Shown: positions 52,036-64,000 of the stretch, piece after piece
Layout: each line of letters starts with the position of its first letter
How positions within the stretch are numbered: the stretch's first letter is position 1
Origin: the human T2T-CHM13v2.0 reference genome, Homo sapiens
Length of the DNA stretch: 64,000 nucleotides
Reading direction: 5' to 3' (one strand)
Assembly: GCF_009914755.1 (NCBI RefSeq)
Contig: NC_060946.1
Notes under the pieces: model-generated
Told to the model about the DNA's origin: nothing
The model's database searches: none
Seen by the model: the letters and a program-made list of their open reading frames with translations, nothing else
Translations under genes and position numbers: made by a program

Positions 52036-55000
52036 AAGCAGTGAAGTGGAATTTAATTTAACGGAGCATAGTGGAATGGAATGGAATGCAATGAAATGGA
52101 ATGGAATGGAAAGGAGTGGAGTGGAATGGAGTGGAGTCGAACTGAAATGAGTGGAATGGAATGGAATGGAATGGAATTCAGTGGAATGGAATCGAATGGA
52201 GTGGAATGGAGTGAAGCGAGGTCGAGTGGAATGGAATTGAAAGTAAAGGAATGGAATGAAATTTAATGGAATGGAACGGAATGCAATGGAGTGGAGTGGA
52301 GAGGAGTGGGATGGAATGGACTGAGATGGAACGAAATGGAATGGAGTGAAATGGAAGGGCATGGAATGGAGTGGAATAGAATGGAATGGAATGGAATAAA
52401 GCGGAATGGAGTGGATTGGAATGGTAAGGAATTGAGTGGAGTGGAATAGAATGTAATTTAATGGAATGGAAAGGATTGGAATGGAATGGAGTGGAAAGGA
52501 ATATAATGTAGGGGAGTGGAGTGGAATGTAATGTAATGGAATGGAGAGGAGTGGAATCGAATGGAATGGAGTGGAATGGAGAAGAGTGGAATGGAATGGA
52601 ATGGAATGGAGTGGAATGTAGTCCAGTGGAATTGAGTGGAATGGAATGGAGTGGAGTGAAGTGAAACGGAATGAAATGGAATGGAACGGAATGGAATGGA
52701 ATTTAGTGGAGTTTAACGGAGTGGAGTTGAGTGGAATGGATTGGAGTGAGATGGCATGCAGTGGAGTGTAGTGGAATGGAAGTAATGGAATGTAATGGAA
52801 TGTAACGGAATGGAATAAAATGGAATGGAATGCAGTGGCGTGGAATGGAATGGAGAGGAATGGAATGGGATGGAATGCAATAGAATCAAATGCAATGGAA
52901 TGGAATGGATTGGAGTGAAATCGAGTGGAATGGAGTGGAATAGAATGGAATGGGGTGGAATGGAATGGAGTGGAATGGATTTGAATGAAGTGGAATAGAC
53001 TGGAATGGAATGGGATGGATTGGAATGTAATGGAGTGGAGTGGAGTGGAGTGTATTCGAGTGTATGGTAACTGAAAGTAATGGAATTGAAGGGGTGAAAT
53101 GAAGTGGATTGGAGTGGAATGGAATTGATAGGAATGGAGTGGAATGGAATCGAGTGGAATGGATTGGAATGGAATAGAGTGGAGTGAAGAGGAATGGATT
53201 GCAAAGGAATGGAATGGAATGGAATGGAATGTAGTTGAGTGAAATGGAGTGGAGTGCAGCAGAAAGGAATGGGGTGGAATGGAATACAGTGGAGTGGAGA
53301 GTAATGGAATGGAGTGTAATGGAAGGGAGTGGAGAGGAGTGGAGTGGAATGGAATGGAGTTGAATGGCGTAGAGTGGAATGAAATAGAACGGAGTGTAGT
53401 GGAAAGGAATAAAATGCAATGGAATGGAATGGAGTGGAGCAGAATGGAGTGGTATGGAATGAACGGAGTGTAGTGGAATGGAATGGAATGGAATGGAGTG
53501 GAGTGGAATGGAAGGGAGTGGAGTGGAATTGAATGTAACGGAATGGAAAGGAGTGGAATAGAATGGAATAGATAGCAATGTAATGGAATGTAGTGGAGGT
53601 GAATGGAATGGAATGGAGAGGAATGGAATGGAAGGGAGTGGAGGGGGATGGAATGAAAAGGAATGGAATGGAATGGAATGGAATGCTGAGGAGGGGCGTG
53701 GACTGTAAGGCAATAGAGTTGAATGGACTGGAGTGGAATGTAATGGAATGGAAATGAGTAGAATGTATATGAATGAAATGCAATGGAATGGAGTGGAGTG
53801 GAGTGGAATTTAACGGAACAGACTGGAATGGAATGCAAAGGATTGTAGTGGAATGGAGTGGAGTTAATAGAAGTTTAATGGAATGGAGTGGATTGAAACA
53901 GAATGGAATGGAATGGGTTGGAATAAAATGGAGTGGAGTGGAGTTGAATGGAGTGCAGTGAAATGGAATGGATTGGAATGGAATGGAATGGAATGGAATG
54001 GAATGGAATGGATTGCAATGGAATGGAATGGAATGCATTGAAATGGAGTGGAGTGAACTGGAGAGGAGTGGAGTGGAATGGAATGGAGTCGAGTGGAGGG
54101 GAAAGGAATGGAATGGAATGGAATGGAATGCAAAGGAATACAGTGGAAAGGAATGGAATGGAATGGAGTGGAATGGAGTGAAAAGGAATGGAATGGAAGA
54201 GAACTGAATGCAAAGGAATCGAAAGGAATGTAGTGGAATGGAATGGAACGTGATGGAATAGAATGGAGAGGAATGGAGTATACTGGTGTGCAGTGGAATG
54301 GATTGGACTGGAGTGGAGTGGAATGGCATGGAATGGAAAGGAGTGGTGTGGAATGGAATGGAGTGGAGTGGAAAGGAATGGAATGGAATGGAATTTAATG
54401 GAGCAGAGTGGAATGGAGTGGAGTGGAGTGGAATGGAATGGAATGGAGAGGAGAGGAGTGGAGTGGAATTGAGTGGAATGTAATGGAGTTGAGTGGATTG
54501 GAATGGAGAGAAGTGGAAAGGAATGGAAAGGAGTGGAATGAAACGGAATGGAATTGAATGGAATGGAATGGAATGGAATGAAATGGAATGGAATGGAATG
54601 GAATGGAGTGGAATGAAATGGAGTGGAGTGGAATGGAATGGAAGGCAGGGGAATGGAATCTAACGGAGTGGAGTGGAATGGAATGGAATGGAGTGGAATG
54701 GAATGGAATGGAATGGAATGGAGAGGAGTGGAAAGGAATGGAACGGAATGGGGTGGAACAGAAATGAATGGAAAGGATGGAACTGGAGTGGAGTGGAAGA
54801 GAATGGGGTGGAATGGAATGGAATGGAATGGATTGGAGAGGAGTGCAGTGCAATGGAATGGAGTACAGTGAATTGGAATGAAATGGAATGGAGTTGAATG
54901 GAATGAAATAGAGTGGAGTGGAATGGAGTGGGTTGGAGTGGAATTGAAGTGAATGGAGAGGAAAATAATGGAATGGTATGGAATGGAGTGGAGTGGAGTG

Positions 55001-58000
55001 CAGTGAAGTGGGGTCGAGTGGAAAGGAATGCAGTGGAATGGAGTTTAGTGGAATAGAATGGAATTCATTGGAATAGAATGAAATGGAATGGAATGGAAAG
55101 GAATGGAATGGAATTGAGTGGAATGGAATGGAGTGAATTGGAGGGCAGTGGAATGGAATGGTATTGAATGGACTGGAATGGATTGGAGTGGAGAGGAAGG
55201 GAATGGAATGGAATGGAATGGAATGCAATGCAATGCAATGGAATGGAATGGATTGGAATGCAGTTGAATGTAATGTAATGGAGTGGAATGGAGTGCAGTG
55301 GAAAAAAATGGAATGGAGTGGCGTGGAATGGAATAGAATAAAATGGTATGGAATGGATTGGAATGGAATGGATTGGTGTGGAGTGGAATGGAATGGAGTG
55401 GAGTGAAATGGAATGGAATGGAACGGAATGGAGTGGAATGGAATGTAAAAAGGGGAGTGGAGTGGAAAGGAATAGAGTGGAATGGAGTCGAATGGAGTGG
55501 AGTGGAATGGAATGGAATAGTTTTGAATGGAATGGAATGGAGTTGAGTTGAATGGAATAGAATGGAATGGAGTGGAATGGAATGGAATGGAATAAAATTG
55601 AACGGAGTGGAATGGCCTGGAGTGGAATGTCATGGAATGCAGTGGAGTGCAATGGAATGGAATTCAATAGAATGGAATGGAAAGGAATGGAATAGAATGG
55701 AATAGGACGGAATGGAATGGAGTGGAATGGAATCGAATGGAGTGGAGTGGAATGGTATGGAATGGATTGGAGCGGAATGGAATGGCGTGGAGTGGAATGG
55801 AAAGGAATGGAGTGGAATGGAATGGAATGGGGAGGAGGGGAGAGAGTTGGAATGGAATGGAATGGAATAGAGTGGAGTGAAATGTAATGGAACGGAATGG
55901 AGGAGAGTGGAATGGAATAGAGTGGAATGTAAAGGAGTGGAATGAAATCGAGTGGGGTCTAGTGGAATAGTATGGATTGTAGTGGAGTGGAGTGGAATTG
56001 AATGGAATGGAGTGGAGTGGAATAGAATGTAATGTAACGGAATGGAGTGGATTGGAATGGAGTAATATGGAATGGAGTGGAATGGAAATGAATGGAATGG
56101 AATGGAATCAATGGGAATGCAGTGGAATAGAATGGAATGTGTTGGAAAGGAATAGAGTGGAATGGAGTGGAATTGAGTGGAGTTAAATGGAATGGACTGG
56201 AGCGGAATGTAATGGAATGGAATGGAAGGGAGTGGAATGTTATGTAATGGAATGGAGAAGAGGGGATTGTAGTGGAATGGATTGGAGTGGAAAGGAGTGG
56301 AGTGGAATGGAATGGAACAGAGTGGAGTGGAAAGGAATGCAACGGAATGGTGTAGAAGGGAATGCAATGGAACGGAAAGGAATGGAATGCAACGGAATGG
56401 AATGGAATTAAATGGAATGAAATGGAATGGAATGCAGTGGAATGGAGTGGAGTACCGTGGAGTGGAGAGGAATGGAGTGGAGTGGAATCGATTGGAATGG
56501 AATGGAATGGCAAGGAATGGAGTGGAGAGGAATGGAGTGGAGTGGGGTGGAATCGAATGGAATATCATGGAATAGAATGGAATGGAGTGGAATGGAATTG
56601 AAATGAATGGAATGGAAAGGAGAGGAGAGAACTGGATTGGGATGTATTGTAGTGGAATGTAGTGGATTGGAGTGGACTGGAATGGAGTGTAAAATGAATG
56701 CAATGGAAAGGAGTGGAATAAAATGGATTGGAAGGTAATGGAATGGAATGGAATGGAATGGAATGGAATGGCATGGAATGGAACGCAGAGGAGTGCAATG
56801 GAGTGGAATGCAATGGAGTGGAATGGAGTGGATTGGAATTTAATGGAATGGAATGGAATGGAATGGAATGGATTTGAATGGAATGGACTGGAGAGAAAAG
56901 GAATAGAAAGGAATGGAATGGAATGGAGTGCAATGAAGTGGAGTGCATTCTAATGGAATGGATTGGAATGGAATGGAATGCAGTGGTGTGCAGAGGAATG
57001 CAGTGGAGGACATTGAAGGAGAATGGAATGCAGTGGAGTGAATTGGAATAGAACAGAATGTAATATAATGGAAAAAATGGTGTGGAATGGAGTGGAATCT
57101 AATGGAATGGATAGTAATGGAATGGAATGCAATGCAGTGCAGTGGAATTGAGTGGAGAGGATTGAATTGGAATGGAATGGAGTGCAGTGAATTGGAATAG
57201 AATGGAATGGAATGGATTGGCATGGAATGGAGTGGAATGGAGTGGAATGTTGTGGAGCTGAGTGAAATGGAATGGATTGGAATGGAAAGGAATGGAGAGG
57301 AATGGAAAGGAATGGAATGTATTTGAATGAAATGGATTGGAGTGGAGTGGAGGTGAATGGAAAGGAGTGAAGAGGAGGGGACTGGAATGGAAAGTAATGG
57401 AACGGAATGGAATGGAATGGAGTGGAATGGAGTGGAATGGATTTGAATGGAATGCAATGGAATGGAACGGAGATGTGGGGAGTGGAGTGGAAAGGAGTGG
57501 AGTAGAATACAGGGGAATGGAGTGGATTGAAATGGAATGTGGTGGAATGGAAAGGAAAGGAGTGGAATAGAAGGGCATGGAAAGAAATTGAATGGAATGT
57601 AACGGAGTGGGATGGAGAGCAATGGAATTGACTGGAGTGGAATAGAATGGAAAGGAAATGAATGCAGTTTAGTGGAGTTAAGTGGGGTGGAGTGAAATGG
57701 AATGGAAAGGATTGGAATGGAAAGGAATGGAATTCAATGGAATGGAATGGAATGGAATGCAATGGAATGGAATGGAATGGAGTGCAATGGAATGGAATGG
57801 AAAGGAGTGGAAAGCAATGAACTGGAATGAAATGGAGTGGAATGGAATGGATTGGAATGAAATGGAGCGGTATGCAATGGAATGGAGTTGGATGGAATGG
57901 AATGGAATGGAATGGAATGGATGGACTGGAGTGGAGTGGAGTGGATTGCAATGGAATGGAATGGAGTGGAATGGAATGGACTGGAATGGAATGGAATAGA

Positions 58001-60795
58001 GTGGAGTGGAATGGCATGGAATTCCATGGAATGGAGTGCAATGGATTGGAATGGAATAGAATGGAGTTGAATAGAATGGAAAGGAGTGCAGTGCAATGCA
58101 ATGGAATGTAACGGAATGGAATGGGGTGAAATGGAATGGAATTTAAAGGAGGGGAGAAGAGTGGAATGGAATGGAGTGGAATGGAGTGGAATGGAGTGGA
58201 ATGTAGAGGAGTGGAATGGAATGGATTAGAAATGAGTTGAGTAGAATGTTATGGAGCGGACTGGAATGGAGAGAAATGGAATGGAGTTGAGTGGATGTGA
58301 ATTTAGTAGAGTGGAATGGAAGGGAATGTATTGTGGTGGAATGGAATTGAAAGGAATGGAGTGGAGTGGAATGGAGTTGTATGGAATAGAGAAGAGTGTA
58401 GTGGAAGGAAATGGAATGGAACAGAGTGGAGTGTATTGGCAAGGAAAGGATTGGAGAGGAATGGAATGGAATGCAATGGGGAGGAAGGGAGTGGGGTGGA
58501 ATGGAATGGATTCGAGTGGAATGGAATGGAGTGGCATGGAATGGAGTGAACTGGAGTGGAATGGAATGTGGTGGAATGGAGTGGAGTGAAATGGAATGGT
58601 ATGAAGTGGACTAGAATGGAATGAAATGCAGTGCAGTGGAATGGAATGGAATGGAATGGACAGGAACCGAATGGAATGCAATGGAATGGAAAGAAGGAAG
58701 GAACGGAAAGAAAAGGAATGGAATGGAATTGAAAGGAATGGAATGGAATGGAATGGAATGGAATGGAGTGGAATGGAATGGAATGGAATGGAATGGAGTG
58801 GAATGGAATGGAATGGAGTGGAATGGAATGGAATGGAGTGGAGAGGAATGGAATGGCATGGAATGAAAGGGAAAGGAATGAAGAGGAGGGGAGTGGAGTG
58901 GAATGGAATTGAGGTGAATTGAGCGGAGTGGAATGAAATGGAATGGAATGTAATGGAATGGATGGGAATGGTATGGAACTGATTAGAATGGAGTAGAGTA
59001 AAATGGAATGGAACGGAGAAAAATGGAATGCAATGGAATGGAATGAAATGGAATGGAATGGAAATGTATGGAATTGGGAGGAATGGAGTGGAGTGGAGTA
59101 CAGTGGAATGGAATTTACTAGAGTGAATTGGAATAGAATGGAATCGAATGAAATGGAGTGGAGAGGAGCGGAATGGAGTGAAGAGGAGGGAAATGGAAAT
59201 GAGTGGAATGTAATGGAATGCCATGCAATGGAGTGTAGTGGAGCGGAATGGATTGAAGTGGAGTGAAAGAAATGGAATGGAATGGAAAGGAATACAATGG
59301 AATGCAATGGAGTGGGATGGAATGTAGTGGAATTCAGTGGAATGGAGTAGAGAGGAGTGGAATGGAATGGAGTGGAGTGGGGAGAAATGTAATGGAATGG
59401 AAGGAATGGAATGGAATGGAGAGGAATGGTAAGGTATGGAATGGAATGGAATGGAGTGGAGTTGAGTGGAGTGTAGTGGAGTGGAATGGAAGGAAGTGGT
59501 ATGGAGTGGAATGGAGTGTAGTGGAGAGGAATGGAATGGAGTGGAGTGACGTGGAATAAAATGGAATGGAGTGGAATGGAATGGAGTGTAATGGACTGGA
59601 GTGAAATAGAGTGAATTGGAGTGAACTGGAATGGAATGGAATGGAGTGGAGTGGACTGGAGTGGAGTAGGGTAGAATGGAACAGAGTGGAAAGAGTGGAG
59701 TGGAATGGAAAGGAATGTAATTTAGTCGAGTGGAATAAAGTGTAATATTGGGGAGTGGAATGGAGTGGAATGGAGTGCAATGGAATGGAATTGAGTGGAA
59801 AGGAGTAAAAAAGCAGGGAATTAAATGGAATGGAATAGAATGAAATGTAGTGGTGTGGAGTGGAATGGACTGGATTGGAGTGGTATGGAAAGGAATGGAA
59901 TGGAATGGAATGGAATGGTATGCAATGGAATGGAATGGAATCAAAAGAAATGAAGTGGAATGGGATGGAGTGGAGTGGAATGGAATGGAATGGAGTGGAG
60001 CGGAATGGAATGGAAGGGAAAGGAAGAGAACTGAATGGAATGGAATGGAGTAGCGTAGAGTGGAATTGAACTGAAAGGAGTTAAGTGGAATGGTGTGGAG
60101 TGGATTGGAGAGGAGTGGACTGGAGTGGATTGGAGGGGAGTGGAGTGGAATGGAGTGGAATGGAGTGGAAAGGAATGCAATGGAGTGTAGTGGAATGGAA
60201 TGGAGTGGAGTGGAATGGAGTGTAGTGGAGAGGAATGGATTGGATTGTATTTTAGGAGAGTGGAATGGAATGGAATGGAATGGAGTGGAATGGAATGAAA
60301 TGGAATTGTATGGATTGGAGAGGAATGGAGTTGAATGAAGTGAAGTGCAGTGGCATGGAATGGAAAGGAATGGAATGGAATGGAATGGAATGCAATGGAA
60401 TAGAATGGAATGGAGTGGGATGGAATGTAGTGGAATGGAATTGGGTGGGGTGGAATGGAATAGAGTGGAATGCAATGCATAGGGTTGGAATAGAATGGAA
60501 TGGAGTAGAGTGGAATGGAAGGGGAAGGAATGTAATGGAGTGGATTGGAGTGGATTGGAAGGGAATGGAGTGGAGTAGAGTGGAGTGAAGTGTAGGGGGG
60601 TGGAGCAGAATAGAATGGAATAGAGTGGAGTTGAGAGGAGTGGAATGGAATGGAGTGGAGCAAAGTTGAATGGAGTGAACTGAAGTGGAGTGGAGTTGAT
60701 GGGAGTCAAGTGGAATGGAATGTAGTTAATTGTAGTGGAATAAAATGGAAAGGAGTGGAATGGTGTGGAATGGAACGGAGTGGAATGGAGAGAAG

Positions 60796-60899
60796 TTTAG
60801 AGGACTGGAGTGTAGTGGAGTGGAAGGGAATGGAGTGGAATGGATAGAAATTTAGAGGACTGGAGTGGAGTGGAGTGGAAGGGAATGGAGTGGAATGGA
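60796..60899. repeat. Local tandem duplication, 55-bp period
   Basis: TTTAGAGGACTGGAGTG(T/G)AGTGGAGTGGAAGGGAATGGAGTGGAATGGA at 60796 and 60851. Confidence 0.9.
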
Positions 60900-63800
60900 C
60901 TGGAGTGGAGTGGAGTTGAGTGGAGTGGAGTGGAAAGGAGTGGTTTGGATTGTGGTGGAATGGAATGGAATGTAGTGGAATGGAGTGGAATGGAATGGAA
61001 TAGAATGGAAAGGAAGGGAAAGTAATGGAATGGAATGAAATAGAATGGAATGGAGAGGAATAGAGTGGAGGAGAATGGAGTGCAGAGGAAGGGAGTGGAG
61101 TGGAGTGGAATGGAATGGAATGGAATGGAATGGAATGGAATGGAATGGAGTGAAATAGATTGGAACGGAATCGAATGGAGTAGGGTGGAATGGACTGGAA
61201 TGGAATGGAATGCAATGGAATGGAATGGAATGGAAGGGATGGAATGCAATGGAATGGAATGTAGGGGAGTAGAAAGGAATGGAAAGGGATGGAAAGGATA
61301 CGAATTGACTGGATTGGACTGGAATGGAATGGAATGTAGTGGAGTGGAATGTGATGGAGTAGAATAGAATGGAGTGGAATGGAATGTAGTGGAGTAGAAT
61401 GTAATGGAGCATAGTGGAATGGAAGGTAGTGGAGTGGAATAGAATGGTGTGGATAGGAGTGGAGTGGAGTGGAATGGAATGGAATGGAATGGTGTGGAGG
61501 GCAGTGGCGTGGAGTGGAGTGGAATGGAATGAAATGGAATGGAATGGAAAGGAATGGAGTAGAATAGAATGGAGTGGAATTCAGTGGAGTGAAATGGAAT
61601 GGGGTGTAATACAGTGGAAAGGAATTGTGTTGAGTGGAATGGAATTTGATGGAAAGGAATGAAAGGAATGGAATGGAGTGGAATGGAATGGATTGGAATG
61701 GAGTGGAATGAAATGGGATGGAGGGGAGTGTGTTGGAGTGGATTGCAGTGCTGTGGAATGCAGTGGAATTGATTGGAATGGAATGGAATGGATTGCAGTT
61801 GAGTGGAATGGAATGGAGTGGAGTGGAGTGGAATGGAATGGAATGGAGTGGAATGGAATGGAGTGGAGTGGAATGCGATGGAATGGAATGGAATGGAATG
61901 GAATTGCATGGAACTGAATGAAATGGAATGGAGTTAAATAGAATGGAGTGGAATGGAATTGAGTGGAATGGAATGGAATGGAGTGGAGTGTAATGCAATG
62001 GAATGGAATGAAGTGGATTGGGATGAAATGGAATTGAATGGAATGAAGACGAGTGGAGTCTAGTGGAGAGGAATGGAATGGAGTGGAGTGGAGTGAAGTG
62101 GAGTGGAAGGGAGTGGGATGGAACAGAATGGAGTTTAGTGGAATGGAATGGATTGCAGTTCAGTGGAATAGAATGGAATGCAGTGGAGTGGAGTGGAGTC
62201 GAATGGAATGGAATGGAGTGGCATGGAGTGGAATAGAGTAAAGTGGAGTCCAGTGGAATTGAATGAGTGGAGTGAAGTGGAATAAAATGAAATGGAGTGT
62301 GATGGATTGGAATGGAATGAAATTGAATGGAGTAGATTTTATTGGAGTAGAGTGGAGTGGAATGGAATGGAATTGAATGGAGTGGAGTGGAGTGACGTGG
62401 AATTGAGTTTAGTGGAGTAGAATGGAGTGGAGCGTGGTGGTGTGGAGTTGAGTGGAGTGAAGAGGAATGGAGTGGTATGTATTGTGTTGGAATAGAATTG
62501 AATGGAGTGGAACGGAATGGAATGAAGTAGAATGGAAATGAATGGAAATGAAAGTAAGGGAATGGAATGGAATGGAATGGAGTGGATTGGAATGGTGTGG
62601 AATGGATTGGAATGGAGTGGAGATGAATGGAGTGGAGTTTAGTGGATTGGAGTGGAAATGAATGGAGTGGAGTGGAGTGAAATTGATTGGACTGGAGTGT
62701 AATAGAGTGGAATGAAGTGGAGTGGAATGGAATGGAGTGGAGTGGAATGCAATGAGTTGGGTGGAGCCAAATGAAATGTTGTCGAGTTGTTTGGAATGGA
62801 ATGGATTGGAGTTGAATGGATTGGAATGCAATGGTGTTCAGTAGAATGGAATGGAAAGTAATGTAATGGATTGGAATGGAATGGAGTGGAGTGGAGTGGA
62901 ATGGAGTGGAGTGGAATGGAATGGAGTGGTATGGAATGTAATGGAGTGGAATGGAGTGGAATGGAACGGAGTTGAGTAGAATGCAGTGGAATTGAACGTA
63001 GTTGATTGGACTGAAATGGCGTGGAAAGGAATGGAGTGGAATGGAGTCATATCTAGTGGAGTGCAACGTAAAGTAGTGGAGTGGAGAGGAGTGGAGTGAT
63101 GTGGAATGGAATTTAATGGAGAAGACTGAAATGGAATGGGGTGGACAGGATTGGCGTGGAATTGTGTGGACAGGAGTGGAGTGGAATTGAATGGACTGCA
63201 GTGGAATGGCGTAAAGAAGAATGGGGTGGAGAGAAATGGAATGGAGTGGAATATAATGGAGTGGAATGAAAAGGAGTGGAGTGGAGTGGAATGGAATGGA
63301 ATGGAGTGGTGTTGAGTGGTTTGGAGCAGATATGAATTCAGTAGTGTGGAATAGAATGGAGTAGAGAGCAGTGGAGAGGAATGGAATGGTTTGGAGTTGA
63401 ATGGAATGCAGTAGAATTGGGAGAAGTGGAATGGAATGGAGTGGAGAGGAATGTGAGGGAAAGGAGTGGAATGGAATGGAGTGGAGAGAAGTGGATTGGT
63501 GAGTGTTGGAATGTGTAGGAGTGGAGTGGAATGGAATGGAAAGGAGTGGTGTGGTGTGGAATGGACTGGAGTGGAAAGGAAAGGACTGGAGTGGATTGGA
63601 ATGGAATGGAGTGGAATGGAATGGAATGGAATGGAGTGGAATGGAATGGGGTGGAATGGAAAGGAGTGGAATGTAATGGAGAGGGTTGGAGTAGAATGGA
63701 ATGGAGTGGAGTGGAATGGAATTGAAAGGAATGGAATGGAGTGGAGTAGAGTGGATTCGAAGGTAATGGAGTGGAGTAGAGTGGAGTGAAGTGCAGGGGC

Positions 63801-64000
63801 GTGGAGCGGAATGGAATGGAAATGATTGGAGTGGAGAGGTGTGGAATGGAATTGAGTTGAGCAAAGTTGAATGCAGTGGAGTGAAGTGGAGTGGAGTGCA
63901 GTGGAGTAAATTGGAATGGAATGGAGTTAAGTGAAGTGGAATAAAATAGAAAGGAGTTGAATGGTTTAGAATGGAACGGAGTAGAATGGAGTGAAGTTTC

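Larger units (their letters stand above)
1..64000 (+). repeat. Satellite III (HSat3-like) array, diverged (GGAAT)n with abundant GGAGT variants
   Basis: Continuous 5-bp periodicity from the first to the last line. Dominant units are GGAAT and GGAGT; recurrent variants are GCAAT, GTAAT, GGATT, TGAAT, AGAAT, GGAAA, GAAAT, CGAAT. The + strand is strongly C-poor throughout. GGAAT/CATTC is the established core of human satellites II/III; HSat2-type ATCATC motifs were not seen. Confidence 0.96.

Noticed and set aside
1-64000. Telomeric or alpha-satellite identity, or assignment to a named array such as DYZ1 or 9q12
   Set aside because: No TTAGGG arrays, 171-bp monomers or CENP-B boxes were seen, and there is no homogeneous kb-scale HOR; a specific locus cannot be supported without alignment.

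Overview
The whole 64 kb window is one uninterrupted block of primate (human-type) Satellite III DNA: diverged (GGAAT)n pentamers on the + strand, (ATTCC)n on the - strand, with a very high share of the GGAGT variant. I see no genes, RNA genes, transposon fragments, CRISPR arrays or strand inversions. All ORFs in the track are translations of the pentamer (MEWNG/VEWSG on +, IPFHS/TPLHS on -). I found no coding biological system. The real structure is a layered duplication history: (1) two islands (16.0-16.2 kb and 19.5-20.1 kb) where a palindrome-forming TCCAT/TCCAC variant has been amplified with about 30 bp spacing, the second being a young, nearly homogeneous minisatellite carrying TTC(N3-4)GAA motifs; (2) a ~1.4 kb tandem duplication at 26.0-28.85 kb, of which a ~1.85 kb piece recurs ~14.15 kb downstream; (3) older, diverged homologies spaced about 3.0-3.6 kb, 3.2 kb and 4.05 kb apart; (4) many short local tandem duplications of 30-184 bp. 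Coordinates and offsets were read by eye from marker k-mers, so boundaries may be off by a few bases. Chromosome and subfamily cannot be assigned from the sequence alone.
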